A stretch of DNA of 64,000 bases from a bacterium (GTDB lineage: Bacteria; Patescibacteriota; Microgenomatia; Levybacterales; UBA12049): NCBI GenBank assembly GCA_021824155.1, contig JAKALN010000001.1, positions 64,015 to 128,014 of the forward strand, read 5' to 3'. Both the position numbers and the translations under genes were made by a program. How positions within the stretch are numbered: position 1 is the stretch's first letter; each line of letters opens with the position of its first letter. Shown here piece by piece: positions 48,194 through 58,543 of the stretch. A model generated the notes under the pieces. The model was not told where the DNA came from. It made no database searches and was given only the letters and a program-made list of their open reading frames with translations.

Positions 48194-49384
48194 TGTCCAG
48201 GTGTTTAAAAAATTTATCATCACAACTCCCCATAGATTTACCAAAATACTTAAAATAATCAGAATAATACCAATAGGTTTTATTTTATCCCTCATCCCGC
48301 TTGCGGTTAGAATTAGAAGGAATGGAAGAAAATCCAAAGCGTGACGGAAACCGAATTGGGTAAATCCGTTTCCGCCGTGAATAAGTGAAGGAAAAGACAT
48401 AAACAAAACGGTTATCAAAGATGCAAAAACAAGTCTTGTTCTAAATCTTGCTAAAAGTATTAAAAAGAATGCAGGAGTTACAAACCAAAGAGCCATAGCA
48501 AATAGCGACGGAATTACAAAAGGAGGTTTTTGTACAAATTTTGGCATGGCGGTAAATATTTCCATTAAATGCACCGGAATATAACGGACGCTTACCAAGC
48601 CGTACCTGTACCAGGGTTCGTTAAATACGGGAAGAAGAGAATATCCTATGTCGTAAAAAGCGCCGAACCTTACATAATTGTAAAAAGCACTAAATATAAG
48701 TGCCGGCAAAAAACCGGCGCAAAAAAGAAGGATATTTTTATAATTAATTTTTAAACGTTCTTTTCCAAGAATAATAAATTCTTCTTTTGAAAAAATTAAA
48801 ACAAAAACTGCTGCAAGAGCAGAAGGGATAGTTGCAAGATAAGCAAAACCGATAAAAAAAGATACCAAAAACAGCCTTTTTTTGTTTACCAATTCTAATA
48901 TTCCAAGCCATATAAAAAACATTGCTACTATGTGGGCCGCGTACCAAACAGAGCCTACCGAAGCGTGATACCACTGCATAGTTCCGAAAGCGTATAGAAC
49001 CGAGGTCCAAAAAGAAATTTCTTTGCTAAAAAATTTTGACAAAAATTTATTGCATAAAATAACATTAAAAGCCCCTAAAACTATAGACAATGCCGGCTGA
49101 TAAAAAGCAGTGCCAAAAATTTCTACAAAAGGAATAAGAAGAATTGCGGGTCCGGGAGGATAAACAGTATAATAACGGCCGTGCCATAAGACTAATTCGT
49201 TAAGCCAGGAGGGATGAAAAACCAAATAAAAACGCCCATGTAAAAAAGCGTCTGCCATTAAAACAAAATAGTTATAATAAGCACCTTTTCCTTGTCCGGA
49301 AAACGCATATACAATAAGTGTTATAAGAAAAAGAAATAAAATTTTTTTGTTGGTTTTCAAAAAACCAGAAATTTTTTTAAACAT
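48188..49384 (-). CDS. Polytopic GT-C-type glycosyltransferase-like membrane protein
   Basis: 398 aa with ~11 TM and Trp/Tyr-rich loops, consistent with the GT-C fold. The family assignment is uncertain. Confidence 0.5.
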   Translation of the reverse strand: MFKKISGFLKTNKKILFLFLITLIVYAFSGQGKGAYYNYFVLMADAFLHGRFYLVFHPSWLNELVLWHGRYYTVYPPGPAILLIPFVEIFGTAFYQPALSIVLGAFNVILCNKFLSKFFSKEISFWTSVLYAFGTMQWYHASVGSVWYAAHIVAMFFIWLGILELVNKKRLFLVSFFIGFAYLATIPSALAAVFVLIFSKEEFIILGKERLKINYKNILLFCAGFLPALIFSAFYNYVRFGAFYDIGYSLLPVFNEPWYRYGLVSVRYIPVHLMEIFTAMPKFVQKPPFVIPSLFAMALWFVTPAFFLILLARFRTRLVFASLITVLFMSFPSLIHGGNGFTQFGFRHALDFLPFLLILTASGMRDKIKPIGIILIILSILVNLWGVVMINFLNTWTL

Positions 49385-49396
49385 ATTTTTGATTTG

Positions 49397-50704
49397 TTAC
49401 TTCCAACTGCTAAACCAAAAATAAGAGTCATACCAACTACTGCAGCTTGGGGAAATTACCTCACAGCGCGGTATGTGAATAGCAGTCCATAAAGGCAAAA
49501 AATAGATAAATAAAACTATAAGCAGAAAAAAATAAATGCTTGCAATTATTTTTCCCGAAGGCTGCGTAATAAGTTTATTTAAAACGTAACCGGTGGCAAT
49601 AGCCAAAAAAGGAACCGCCGGTAGATAGTGATAATAAAACATAATTCTCGGAGAGCTTACCCATGGAAGAAAAAAACCTAAATAAGAAAATAACACAATT
49701 CCCTGGTTTAATTTTCTTTCTTTAAAATATTCAATTGAAAGAAAAATAATACAGGCCAACCCGAACCACATAAAAAGAGGGTTTCCTAAATTATAAATAT
49801 TTGCGATAGTTTTATTGGAATAATCAACATAAATCCATACGGGCCTCAAATCCAAAACCCATTGCAAAGGAACAGACTGATAAGGATGGTGTGCCTTAAG
49901 GTTTGTATGGTACCAATACATCTGCTCTTGAAGGCCAATAAATGTATTTACGTTAAAGGGTGAAGGGCTTTCTCCCGGCGGGGTATGGTGTCCGGTAAAA
50001 AATGGAAGATAAACCAAAAGATAAACAACCAAGGGTACTATTAAAAAATATAAAGGGGCAATTAATATTTTTTTTATGAACGCTTTTTGTTTTATTTTTT
50101 TATTCCTTAAAAGTAATAAATTTTCTGCAAGATAAATTAATCCCAAAATCCCTATTCCAAAAAGGCCGGTCCATTTAGACGCTACCGACAAACCCAAAGA
50201 AACAGCCATTAGAAAGTTGCGTTTTTCTAAGAAAAACAGGAAAGCAAGTAAAACAAAAAAGAGGAAATACATATCGTTCATTCCTATTCTTGACATAACC
50301 AGCAAAAGTCCGTCTGTGGCGGCGGCAAAAGAAGCAAATAAAGCAACAAGACGGCTTTTAAAAAGCTTATACGCTATCAGATAAATCAGGACTATCACCC
50401 CGAAACCAAAAAATGCGGAAAAGAACCTCCATGCAAAGCTATTATTTCCAAAAATTGAAATTGCCAAGACCATAAACTCTTTAGCCAAAGGAGGATGGGT
50501 CCATTCATAGGCAAAACCCTGAGGGGGAGTATTCCACCACTCCCAAGCAGCAGGATTTCCTTTAAACATTTGTCCTGCGGTAAAAGCGTGGTAAACTTCA
50601 TCGAAAATATAGGTTTTGGGGATATCTAATCTTATAAACCTGGTTAAAAACGCGAATGCAAAAATAATAAATTCCGGAAAATATTTTTTATTTATAAATC
50701 TCAT
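49397..50704 (-). CDS. PMT/ArnT-family (GT39-like) glycosyltransferase
   Basis: 435 aa and polytopic. The first extracytoplasmic loop has FDEVYHAFTA, the DE motif of PMT-family enzymes. Confidence 0.75.
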   Translation of the reverse strand: MRFINKKYFPEFIIFAFAFLTRFIRLDIPKTYIFDEVYHAFTAGQMFKGNPAAWEWWNTPPQGFAYEWTHPPLAKEFMVLAISIFGNNSFAWRFFSAFFGFGVIVLIYLIAYKLFKSRLVALFASFAAATDGLLLVMSRIGMNDMYFLFFVLLAFLFFLEKRNFLMAVSLGLSVASKWTGLFGIGILGLIYLAENLLLLRNKKIKQKAFIKKILIAPLYFLIVPLVVYLLVYLPFFTGHHTPPGESPSPFNVNTFIGLQEQMYWYHTNLKAHHPYQSVPLQWVLDLRPVWIYVDYSNKTIANIYNLGNPLFMWFGLACIIFLSIEYFKERKLNQGIVLFSYLGFFLPWVSSPRIMFYYHYLPAVPFLAIATGYVLNKLITQPSGKIIASIYFFLLIVLFIYFLPLWTAIHIPRCEVISPSCSSWYDSYFWFSSWK

Positions 50705-50724
50705 ATCGGCAAAAAATAATTATA

Positions 50725-51987
50725 CTACTTTTTAAGCTTTGCCTTTCTATAAATAGAAAAGTAATTAATAAGCATAATAATAAAAAGAAAAAGAAAAACA
50801 ATAGAGAAAAAATTTGCGTAATTCAAAGATACTTTAAAGAGTATATTATCTCCCGCCAAATAATTGGAATAAACAAAATTATAATAATAGTAAGAATAAA
50901 ATAAATTAACAAAATGCACAATAGAAATAATTATATAAGAAATAATAAGTATCCTCGACTTAAAAATAAAAGCGGAAATAACAAGCAGCGGAAAAATAGG
51001 AAAAAGATGGCGCTCGTGCATACGGGTTAAAAATAAAAAAAACGCAAAGGAAGAAAGCGCTGCTGCAAAATAATCAATTTCTAAAAAACTTTTCTTTATT
51101 TTTGCGTAGGGAAACAAAATTATGCAAAGTATAAATAAATATAAAATATATCCCCAAATATGATAAGACAATCCAAAAAAAACAGTTGAATCCGTTTTCC
51201 ACCATCCTGTTAAAAGCTCCCAAAAATTATATGCATTTAAGGATGCATAGGGATAAACACTTAATGAATTAACCAAATGCCCAAAAACTCCAAATATTGG
51301 GTCTTTAATAAAAAAAGGCATTGTAACAGCCAAAAACACAGCAAAACCTAAAAATCCTGCAATAATTATTCTTTTAATAGAAAAATTTTTAAGCGCTCTT
51401 ATTCCCATTATCGGAAAAGCGGCAACATTTAACGGTTTAACAAGAACGGATAAAACAGCTGCAACAGACCCTTTTTCAATACTCTTGGCTTCATTTAACT
51501 GATAAATTCCAAATAGGAAAAAGAAAGTAGGAATTGAGTCTGTTTGCCCCCATACGGAACTGTTAAATATAACTCCCGGATTTAGTAAATACAGAATAGC
51601 CGACAGAAAAGCCCATTTAGGGTTATGTCTTTTAACAATAAGAAAAATAACATAGGCGGTCAAAAAATCGAACCCGTTACTTATTAACCTCATATAGATA
51701 TCGAAAGTCAATGTAAGAATAGCGGGGTTTCCGAATATCAGGACAAATATCTTTGTAAAAACAAAGAGAAGTAAATAAAAAAACGGAAGGTAGTCGGCAA
51801 GCATACCCGCGACATAAAAATTTGTGGGGCCTACGTTAACAATCCGTAAGGCCCAAGCCTGCCAGTCTCCCATATCTATCTTAAAACTTGGCAAAATAAA
51901 TAAAGAAACTCTCAAAAGAATAATCAATAGCAAAAAAAATTTAAATAAAAAAGGCAGTGAAATGTATTTTCCGACAAGCTTATTCAT
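50725..51987 (-). CDS. Polytopic GT-C-type glycosyltransferase-like membrane protein
   Basis: 420 aa and highly hydrophobic with many TM segments. It is the third gene of a tandem GT-C array. Confidence 0.5.
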   Translation of the reverse strand: MNKLVGKYISLPFLFKFFLLLIILLRVSLFILPSFKIDMGDWQAWALRIVNVGPTNFYVAGMLADYLPFFYLLLFVFTKIFVLIFGNPAILTLTFDIYMRLISNGFDFLTAYVIFLIVKRHNPKWAFLSAILYLLNPGVIFNSSVWGQTDSIPTFFFLFGIYQLNEAKSIEKGSVAAVLSVLVKPLNVAAFPIMGIRALKNFSIKRIIIAGFLGFAVFLAVTMPFFIKDPIFGVFGHLVNSLSVYPYASLNAYNFWELLTGWWKTDSTVFFGLSYHIWGYILYLFILCIILFPYAKIKKSFLEIDYFAAALSSFAFFLFLTRMHERHLFPIFPLLVISAFIFKSRILIISYIIISIVHFVNLFYSYYYYNFVYSNYLAGDNILFKVSLNYANFFSIVFLFLFIIMLINYFSIYRKAKLKK

Positions 51988-52001
51988 CTAGTGACTTTTA
52001 G

Positions 52002-53099
52002 TTATTGTTTTGCGGCTACTTTACAATTTCCGGTTTTTATTTCACAGGCAATATAGTTTTGTATTTCTGTAAAATTCCCGTTTCCGGCCCTGGGAGTGAG
52101 CACCCATTCATAGTTATAGTCAGAAGAAGTAGGTGGATTTATCAAAAGACCGGGCCTTTGAGTTTGGTCATCCCCCGTGTCTATCACTGCACTTTGGATT
52201 TTCGCATTTTTCATTTTCTGGGCAAGTCTTATAAAATCGTCAAATTCTGTTTGCTGTATATCGGTATCTATACTCGATTTTAGTGTTTCATAAAGGTTGA
52301 TTATTTTTGAAGGGTTTAATATTGTCTGGGCAGATAAAACTTTGTCTTTAAAAGCTTTTATCACTTTTTCCTGCCTTTTGCTTCTGGCAAAATCGCTCCC
52401 CTCAGTTCCAGTGCCATGTCTTGACCTTACAAATTCAAGTGCCGTTTCCCCATCCATGTGGGTCAAACCTTTATCAAAATGAAGATGTTTGTATCTGCAT
52501 GGAAATACGGAAGGCAACTGGTCTTCGGGTGTATTAGCCAAAGACTGCAATTCTTCCTGGCTATGTCCGCACGGATCGGCTTCCTTACCGTCTATCGGGT
52601 ATTGATAATCATCAAAAGTATTATCAACATTTATATCCAGTCCCCCTACTATATCTACCGCCTTAACAAACCCGGAAAAGTCTATCCTTACCCCGTAATC
52701 TATTTCCTGACCCGTAATCTTAGCGACCGCTGCTTCTGCCAAAACAAGACCGCTGCCTTTATTTTTTGCTTCTCCGATTGCATAAGCGGCATTTATTTTT
52801 TGGTTAATATCCGGAAACCAAAGATCTCTTGGAATTGAGATTAAAGTGACTTTATCATTTTTTTGGTCTATGTTTGCAATCATTATCGTATCGGTTAAAT
52901 TCGGCCCGTCGTGATTCCCCCCGCCTATACCCAAAAGAAGGACATTTATCTGGCTTTTTGTGTTCTGTTTTAATTGGATACCCCTGTTAAAAGCTAGTTG
53001 AAATAAAAAAGAAAATGTATTGAGGTTACTTGCAATAAGTTTACCAACAACGGCTAATAGGATTATGCCAATTATAATCGGGATTATTTTTTTACGCAT
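52002..53099 (-). CDS. LytR-CpsA-Psr (LCP) family glycopolymer-peptidoglycan ligase
   Basis: 365 aa with an N-terminal TM segment, NVLLLGIGGG and DTIMIANIDQKNDKVTLISIPRDLW. Confidence 0.85.
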   Translation of the reverse strand: MRKKIIPIIIGIILLAVVGKLIASNLNTFSFLFQLAFNRGIQLKQNTKSQINVLLLGIGGGNHDGPNLTDTIMIANIDQKNDKVTLISIPRDLWFPDINQKINAAYAIGEAKNKGSGLVLAEAAVAKITGQEIDYGVRIDFSGFVKAVDIVGGLDINVDNTFDDYQYPIDGKEADPCGHSQEELQSLANTPEDQLPSVFPCRYKHLHFDKGLTHMDGETALEFVRSRHGTGTEGSDFARSKRQEKVIKAFKDKVLSAQTILNPSKIINLYETLKSSIDTDIQQTEFDDFIRLAQKMKNAKIQSAVIDTGDDQTQRPGLLINPPTSSDYNYEWVLTPRAGNGNFTEIQNYIACEIKTGNCKVAAKQ

Positions 53100-53760
53100 T
53101 TTCTACTATTTTTAAAAACTCCAAAGGGTCAAGGCTTGCTCCTCCTACCAAAACTCCGCTTAAGTTATCTGTTGAGGTAAAATTTTTAACATTTAATGAA
53201 TCAACGCTTCCTCCGTAAAGAACCTTCAAATTATTTTTCTTGCTTCTTATTGACCGTGCAACAACTTCTGCATTTTCGGGCGTATCGGGAGTTCCGCTTC
53301 CTATTGCAAAAGCCGGCTCGTATGCAACTATCGAGACTTCCTCAGGCATAAAAGTATTTTCATTCTGCACGCAAAAAATAGGTATTACGCCTTTACTCCA
53401 AGCAGACTGAACTTTATTTTTTAGCATATCGTCGTCTTCTTTAAAATATTGCCTTCTTTCCGAATGCCCTATGATTACGTAATTACAATAATCCACTAAC
53501 TGTTTTGCGTTTACTTCTCCCGTATATGCTCCTTCTCCAAAAGGTGAAACATCCTGTGCCCCAAGCTTAACGGGAAGGTTGTTTTCTTTAATATAAGAAG
53601 AAAATGTGAAAAGCAGCTGAAAAGGAGGACAAATAATTATTTCTTTTTGCGTTAAATTTTGTTTCGAATCCCTTATTATTTTAAAGTTTTCCAACCATTC
53701 ATTAGCCTCACTTTGAGTTTTATAAGACTTCAGATTTGCAACTAGAAAAAGCTTATCCAT
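53092..53760 (-). CDS. tpiA: Triosephosphate isomerase
   Basis: 222 aa with IIGHSERR, YEPAFAIGSG and YGGSV. Confidence 0.9.
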   Translation of the reverse strand: MDKLFLVANLKSYKTQSEANEWLENFKIIRDSKQNLTQKEIIICPPFQLLFTFSSYIKENNLPVKLGAQDVSPFGEGAYTGEVNAKQLVDYCNYVIIGHSERRQYFKEDDDMLKNKVQSAWSKGVIPIFCVQNENTFMPEEVSIVAYEPAFAIGSGTPDTPENAEVVARSIRSKKNNLKVLYGGSVDSLNVKNFTSTDNLSGVLVGGASLDPLEFLKIVENA

Positions 53761-53778
53761 GTGGTATCATTATACGGT

Positions 53779-55644
53779 ATGAAAGAAGACTTTCTCAAGG
53801 ACTTAAACCCCGATCAGCAAAAAGCGGTTTTAAATTCCGATGGCCCCATGATTATTCTTGCAGGAGCAGGCTCAGGAAAAACCAGAGTCTTAACTTATAA
53901 AGTTATCTACTTAATAACAAAAAACTCTGTTGAACCGGATAACATTTTAATGGTTACATTTACAAATAAGGCGGCAAATGAAATGAAAGAAAGAATCCAA
54001 AATTTTATTAATAAATTAGACCTTTCTTTAAGTTCCAAACCGACAATCTCCACATTCCATTCCCTCTGTGCAAAGATACTGCGGATAGAAGGAAATAATA
54101 TTGATTTGGGGAGAAGTTTTGTCATATATGACGAAGGGGACCAAAAAGATGCGATAAAAGAGGCATTTTCAAAGCTCGGTCTATCGGTTAAAGAATATAA
54201 ACCATCGTCTGTACTTGCTACAATATCCCAGGCAAAGAATGAACTAATAGGCCCTTCGGAATATCCGCAGTTTGCAAGAGGACATTTCCAGGAAGTTGTA
54301 GCCAGTGTTTACGGAGTCTATCAAAATATTTTAAGAGAAAATGATGCCTTGGATTTCGACGATTTAATTTTGAGAACCGTTTCGGTTTTTGAACATAACC
54401 CGGAAATTCTTGAAAAATACCAAAGCAAATTTCAATATATTATGGTAGATGAATACCAGGATACAAATCATGCCCAATATAAACTTACTAGATTATTAGC
54501 TGCAAAAGCTAAAAATATCTGCGTTGTCGGAGATTTTTCCCAAAGCATTTACAGTTTCCGGGGAGCGGATTTTCAAAATTTAGCAAAATTTGAAGAGGAT
54601 TTTAAAGGGACAAAAACCTTTGCCCTGTCCCAAAATTACAGGTCAACGCAAAAAATACTGGATGCTGCCTCTTCCATTATTTCCAAGAATACCGGTCACC
54701 CTGTTTTAACACTTTGGACCGATAATCCTACCGGGGAGGATATTTCCCTCTTTGAAGCAATAAACGAACAAAAAGAAGCAGAATTTATAGTCCAGCAAAT
54801 TTCCGCATTAAGGTACCAAAATCCGGACTTAAATTACAATGATTTTGCAGTTTTATATAGAACAAATGCTCAATCTAGAAATGTCGAAGAAGTATTTTTA
54901 CATCAAGGTGTACCTTATATACTTATAGGGGGAACAAGATTTTATGAAAGAAAAGAAATTAAAGATTTGCTGGCAATGGTAAAAGTCATGGCAAATCCAA
55001 AAGATAAAATATCTTTAAAAAGGATTGAAAAATTAGGAAAAGGCCGGTTTAATAAATTCCTGGAGGCTCAAAAATTATTTACCGAAGATTCAATCCAGAA
55101 TGGGAAAACCATTGAAATTTTGGATAAAATAGTAAAGGAAAGCGATTATCTTAGCCTTTATGACGAGAAAGACGAAGAAGATTTGCAAAGGCTTGAAAAT
55201 ATTAAGGAGCTGCGTTCTGTTGCAATAGAATTTCCCGAAATTGACAGATTTTTGGAAAATGTTGCATTGGTTGAACAGGAATATATGCCCGACCACCCGC
55301 AAAACTCAAAGGAAAAAAATAATGCGGTAAATTTAATGACACTGCACGCGGCAAAAGGATTGGAGTTTCCTGTTGTTTTTATGATAGGAATGGAAGAGGG
55401 ACTTTTTCCCCACTCAAGAAGTTTAATGGATAAAAACGAACTGGAGGAAGAAAGAAGACTATGCTACGTAGGAATGACAAGGGCAAGAAGAAAACTTTTT
55501 TTGACGTATGCCAGAAAAAGACTGTTTTTCGGACAAAAAACAACAAATATTGTTTCCCGTTTTATTCTTGAACTTCCGCAAAATATTATTTCAAATAATT
55601 TACATTTTTTGGATAATAGTAGTGATGTTCCGGATTTTCTATGA
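53779..55644 (+). CDS. UvrD/PcrA/Rep-family superfamily-1 DNA helicase
   Basis: ~621 aa counted from ATG 53779; the ORF-track start is a GTG at 53761. It has LNPDQQKAV, Walker A AGAGSGKTRVLT, and the DEYQDTN, YRST and VGMTRAR motifs. Confidence 0.9.
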   Translation: MKEDFLKDLNPDQQKAVLNSDGPMIILAGAGSGKTRVLTYKVIYLITKNSVEPDNILMVTFTNKAANEMKERIQNFINKLDLSLSSKPTISTFHSLCAKILRIEGNNIDLGRSFVIYDEGDQKDAIKEAFSKLGLSVKEYKPSSVLATISQAKNELIGPSEYPQFARGHFQEVVASVYGVYQNILRENDALDFDDLILRTVSVFEHNPEILEKYQSKFQYIMVDEYQDTNHAQYKLTRLLAAKAKNICVVGDFSQSIYSFRGADFQNLAKFEEDFKGTKTFALSQNYRSTQKILDAASSIISKNTGHPVLTLWTDNPTGEDISLFEAINEQKEAEFIVQQISALRYQNPDLNYNDFAVLYRTNAQSRNVEEVFLHQGVPYILIGGTRFYERKEIKDLLAMVKVMANPKDKISLKRIEKLGKGRFNKFLEAQKLFTEDSIQNGKTIEILDKIVKESDYLSLYDEKDEEDLQRLENIKELRSVAIEFPEIDRFLENVALVEQEYMPDHPQNSKEKNNAVNLMTLHAAKGLEFPVVFMIGMEEGLFPHSRSLMDKNELEEERRLCYVGMTRARRKLFLTYARKRLFFGQKTTNIVSRFILELPQNIISNNLHFLDNSSDVPDFL

Positions 55645-56615
55645 AAAATAAACTCTTTTATAAAACAAACCATCCGCTTCAAAGCGAAGAATGGGCAGTA
55701 TTTAGGGAAAAAACCGGCATTAAAATAATTAGAGAAAATGGGCTTTATATAACCATTCATCCAATTCCCCATACAAAATTTAATATCGGTTACCTTCCGA
55801 AAGGGCCGATGCCTACAAAACAGGTTCTTTTAGAACTTAAAAACATAGGGAAACAAGAAAATTGTATTTTTATACAAATTGAGCCAAACATAGAAAGAAC
55901 AGAAGATTTAAATATAAAAATAAAAAATTTAGACCTTGTTCCTTCGGCCCATCCTCTTTTTACCAAATACACATTTATTCTTGATTTAACAAAAACAGAA
56001 GAAGAATTATTAAAAGAAATGAACCAAAAAACGCGTTACAACATAAAAGTTGCGCAAAAACACGGAGTAACGGTTGAAGAGGATGATTCGGATAAAGCTT
56101 TTGAAAAATATTTGGAGTTAACCTGGGAAACCACCAGAAGACAGGGCTTTTACGCGCATACAAAGAACTATCATAGGCTTATGTGGGAAACCCTGCGTCC
56201 AAAATCTGAAATCGTAAATCAGAAACCGGAAACATTGACAGCACATTTGTTCACTGCCAAATATAAAGGGAAAATTTTGGTTACTTGGATTCTTTTCGTT
56301 TATAACGATACTCTTTATTATCCGTACGGTGCATCAAGCAGCGAAAACCGGGAAACAATGGCATCAAATTTAATGATGTGGGAGGTTATAAAATTCGGCA
56401 AAAAACTCGGTCTTAAAAAATTTGATATGTGGGGTTCGATGGGGCCGGATCCCGACATTAAAGACCCCTGGTACGGGTTTCACAGATTTAAACAAGGTTA
56501 CGGGGGAAAATTAACGGAATTTTTAGGAAGTTACGATTTGGTTATAAATAAAAAAATGTATTTTTTATACAAACTTGCTAATAAATTCAGGTGGATTATT
56601 CTAAAAGCTAAATAA
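55641..56615 (+). CDS. FemAB-family peptidoglycan bridge-forming aminoacyltransferase
   Basis: 324 aa. KTRYNIKVAQKHGVTVEE and the coiled region match the FemX/MurM family. Confidence 0.75.
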   Translation: MKNKLFYKTNHPLQSEEWAVFREKTGIKIIRENGLYITIHPIPHTKFNIGYLPKGPMPTKQVLLELKNIGKQENCIFIQIEPNIERTEDLNIKIKNLDLVPSAHPLFTKYTFILDLTKTEEELLKEMNQKTRYNIKVAQKHGVTVEEDDSDKAFEKYLELTWETTRRQGFYAHTKNYHRLMWETLRPKSEIVNQKPETLTAHLFTAKYKGKILVTWILFVYNDTLYYPYGASSSENRETMASNLMMWEVIKFGKKLGLKKFDMWGSMGPDPDIKDPWYGFHRFKQGYGGKLTEFLGSYDLVINKKMYFLYKLANKFRWIILKAK

Positions 56616-57120
56616 CATAAACCCTTATATTCTCTTCCTTATCATGCCTATACAAAGGAAGGTTAATCTCGTAGCGGTAACTTATTATTTTTGAACCTTT
56701 TTTTAACTTTTTAAATTTTGGAAGAAGTTTGTTTAAAGTTTTTGGGACCAAATAAACAAATACAACATCCGCTTTTGAAAAATCCTCGTTAAAAAGGTTT
56801 CCTCTTTTAATTTTTACCTGTGAAGACAGACCGTTTATTTTTAAAAGCAGCTTCGAATATAAATATCTTATCGGGTCAATTTCGACCCCAAAACCTACCG
56901 CTTTGAATTCTTTAGCCGCAACAAACAATGCTGTCCCTTCCCCACAGCCCAAGTCGTAAACGACATCCCCTTTTTTTATACCCGCTATTTTGCACATTTT
57001 TCTTGCTGTTTTTTTTGACGTTCTCCACCATGGAGCCCAGGGACTGTCGGGAGGCCAAACCATAGAAAGAAGAATAAGTAAAAAAATAACGCCGCCAAAA
57101 GAGAAAAGATAAAAAATCAT
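56608..57120 (-). CDS. Class I SAM-dependent methyltransferase with an N-terminal TM segment
   Basis: 170 aa. VVYDLGCGEGTALF is motif I. It is the last gene of the sodN operon, overlapping sodX by 4 nt. Confidence 0.7.
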   Translation of the reverse strand: MIFYLFSFGGVIFLLILLSMVWPPDSPWAPWWRTSKKTARKMCKIAGIKKGDVVYDLGCGEGTALFVAAKEFKAVGFGVEIDPIRYLYSKLLLKINGLSSQVKIKRGNLFNEDFSKADVVFVYLVPKTLNKLLPKFKKLKKGSKIISYRYEINLPLYRHDKEENIRVYVI

Positions 57121-57401
57121 TTATATATAACCTTACCTAAGATATCACTTTTTTTTACTTTTCCAAAACTTCTGCTGTCCAAACTGTCATTTCTATTATC
57201 TCCTTCCAGGTAAAACTCTTCATTTTGAATCCTTGCTATCCGCTTAATAAGTACCTTACCTTTATAATTAAAGGCAATTATATCTCTTTCTTTTGGAGAA
57301 AAAAAACAATAAGGGATTGAAGAAACCAAAACAAAATCTCCGTATTTTACCGCAGGTTCCATGCTATGCCCGAAGATCTTAAATTTTCTTAAAAGAAGCA
57401 T
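57117..57401 (-). CDS. sodX: Ni-SOD maturation endopeptidase SodX, a short S26 signal-peptidase-like protein
   Basis: 94 aa with GHSMEP (Ser nucleophile box), a KRIARI Lys box and GDNRNDSLDSRSFG (S26 box E). It is immediately downstream of sodN. Confidence 0.75.
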   Translation of the reverse strand: MLLLRKFKIFGHSMEPAVKYGDFVLVSSIPYCFFSPKERDIIAFNYKGKVLIKRIARIQNEEFYLEGDNRNDSLDSRSFGKVKKSDILGKVIYK

Positions 57402-57877
57402 TATTTATGAAGAACTATTTCTCCGCCCGTTGGATAAACTGTTTTTACTCTTACCGGCTCAACGCCTTTGGTTTTAAAAAATATTTCTGCAATTTCCTGT
57501 ACTCCGGAAAGCGCTGATTGAGCCGCCTCCATATCGATTCCCTGCCTGGCTTTTGCACTTGATTTTAGTGTCTTTACAAAAAGTTCATGAAGATTTGCGT
57601 ATTCTTTGTAGTGCTCTTCTTTAAAATAATCATTTCTTAGAGTGTCCAATTCTTCTTCCAAAAGGTTTGAATGGTCTTCTTTAACGTGAGTTAATCTTGC
57701 AACATCATGCTCTGATTTTGTCTCATCTTCCCGCTTTAAATCCGTGAGAAGCTGTGTCATTCTAATAACCGTATGAGCTGCCCTCTGGGCAACATACGGA
57801 TCGTAAATTCCGCAGGGAATGTCGCAGTGGGCAAATGCGGTTCCTGTAGGCAGTAATTTTGCTATACTTTTGAACAT
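57401..57877 (-). CDS. sodN: Nickel-containing superoxide dismutase precursor
   Basis: 158 aa. The pro-peptide MFKSIAKLLPTGTAFA is followed by the Ni-hook HCDIPCGIYDP and a four-helix-bundle body. Confidence 0.9.
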   Translation of the reverse strand: MFKSIAKLLPTGTAFAHCDIPCGIYDPYVAQRAAHTVIRMTQLLTDLKREDETKSEHDVARLTHVKEDHSNLLEEELDTLRNDYFKEEHYKEYANLHELFVKTLKSSAKARQGIDMEAAQSALSGVQEIAEIFFKTKGVEPVRVKTVYPTGGEIVLHK

Positions 57878-57939
57878 AACTTTATCTTAACCTTAAAAAG
57901 TGATAGGTATATAAGAATTATATAATAAATTCGTTAAAG

Positions 57940-58485
57940 TTACCTTATCTTTTTTGCCCAATCTACAAGAGCTTCAAGATACGGTATAATTTTATCCCTT
58001 GTTTCCCCGTCTGTTAAGTTCCCTTCTTTATCAAATTTGTCGGTAGCATTTGGAATCATAAATTCCGGTTTATTAATCGGGTGTATATTCAAAAATACAA
58101 ACATTTGTCTTAAATGGTATTGAGCTTTTGAACCTGCAGTAGTTCCTATAGACTCGCTCATAATTCCGGCAGCCTTTCCTTCAAATGAGTTATCTCCGTA
58201 TGGTCTTGACGCCCAATCTATAGCATTTTTTATAAAACCCGGAACAGAATAGTTGTATTCAGGAAGAGAAAAAAGAATCCCATCAGCCTCCTTAATTTTA
58301 TTTTTAAATTTCTTTACGTTTTCTGGAACTTCCAAATCCGGATTATAAGAAGGAAAATCGTAATCTTCCCAAATTTCCAAATCTATGTGCTCGGGAGCAA
58401 GCTTTTTAGCTTCCAAAAGAAGACCTTTGCTAAAAGAACCTTTTCTTAAACTTCCACCAATTCCTAAAATCTTGATTTTATCCAT
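57940..58485 (-). CDS. NAD(P)H-dependent FMN reductase, flavodoxin-like (ChrR/ArsH/SsuE family)
   Basis: ~181 aa counted from the ATG (MDKIKILGIGGSLRKGSFS...). The ORF-track TTG start at 58494 lies inside the promoter inverted repeat. It also has LPEYNYSVPG. Confidence 0.85.
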   Translation of the reverse strand: MDKIKILGIGGSLRKGSFSKGLLLEAKKLAPEHIDLEIWEDYDFPSYNPDLEVPENVKKFKNKIKEADGILFSLPEYNYSVPGFIKNAIDWASRPYGDNSFEGKAAGIMSESIGTTAGSKAQYHLRQMFVFLNIHPINKPEFMIPNATDKFDKEGNLTDGETRDKIIPYLEALVDWAKKIR

Positions 58486-58525
58486 ACTTGACAAAGTATA
58501 GTGTAGGTGCTAGACTTTGTCAAGT
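58486..58525. promoter_or_regulatory. Perfect 12-bp inverted repeat ACTTGACAAAGT-N16-ACTTTGTCAAGT containing divergent promoters; likely the HxlR operator
   Basis: Plus-strand promoter: TTGACA (58488-93), 17-nt spacer, TAGACT (58511-16). Minus-strand promoter: TTGACA (revcomp of 58518-23), 17-nt spacer, TATACT (revcomp of 58495-500). The minus-strand transcript would begin ~2-3 nt before the FMN reductase ATG. Confidence 0.6.
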
Positions 58526-58543
58526 AGTTACAAAAAGTATAGT

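Noticed and set aside
58486-58543. TTG starts at 58494 (FMN reductase) and 58517 (HxlR)
   Set aside because: Both TTGs are the TTGACA -35 hexamers inside the inverted-repeat arms. The downstream ATGs give canonical N-termini (MDKIKILGIGGS and MDTDLLEV...GSKW).
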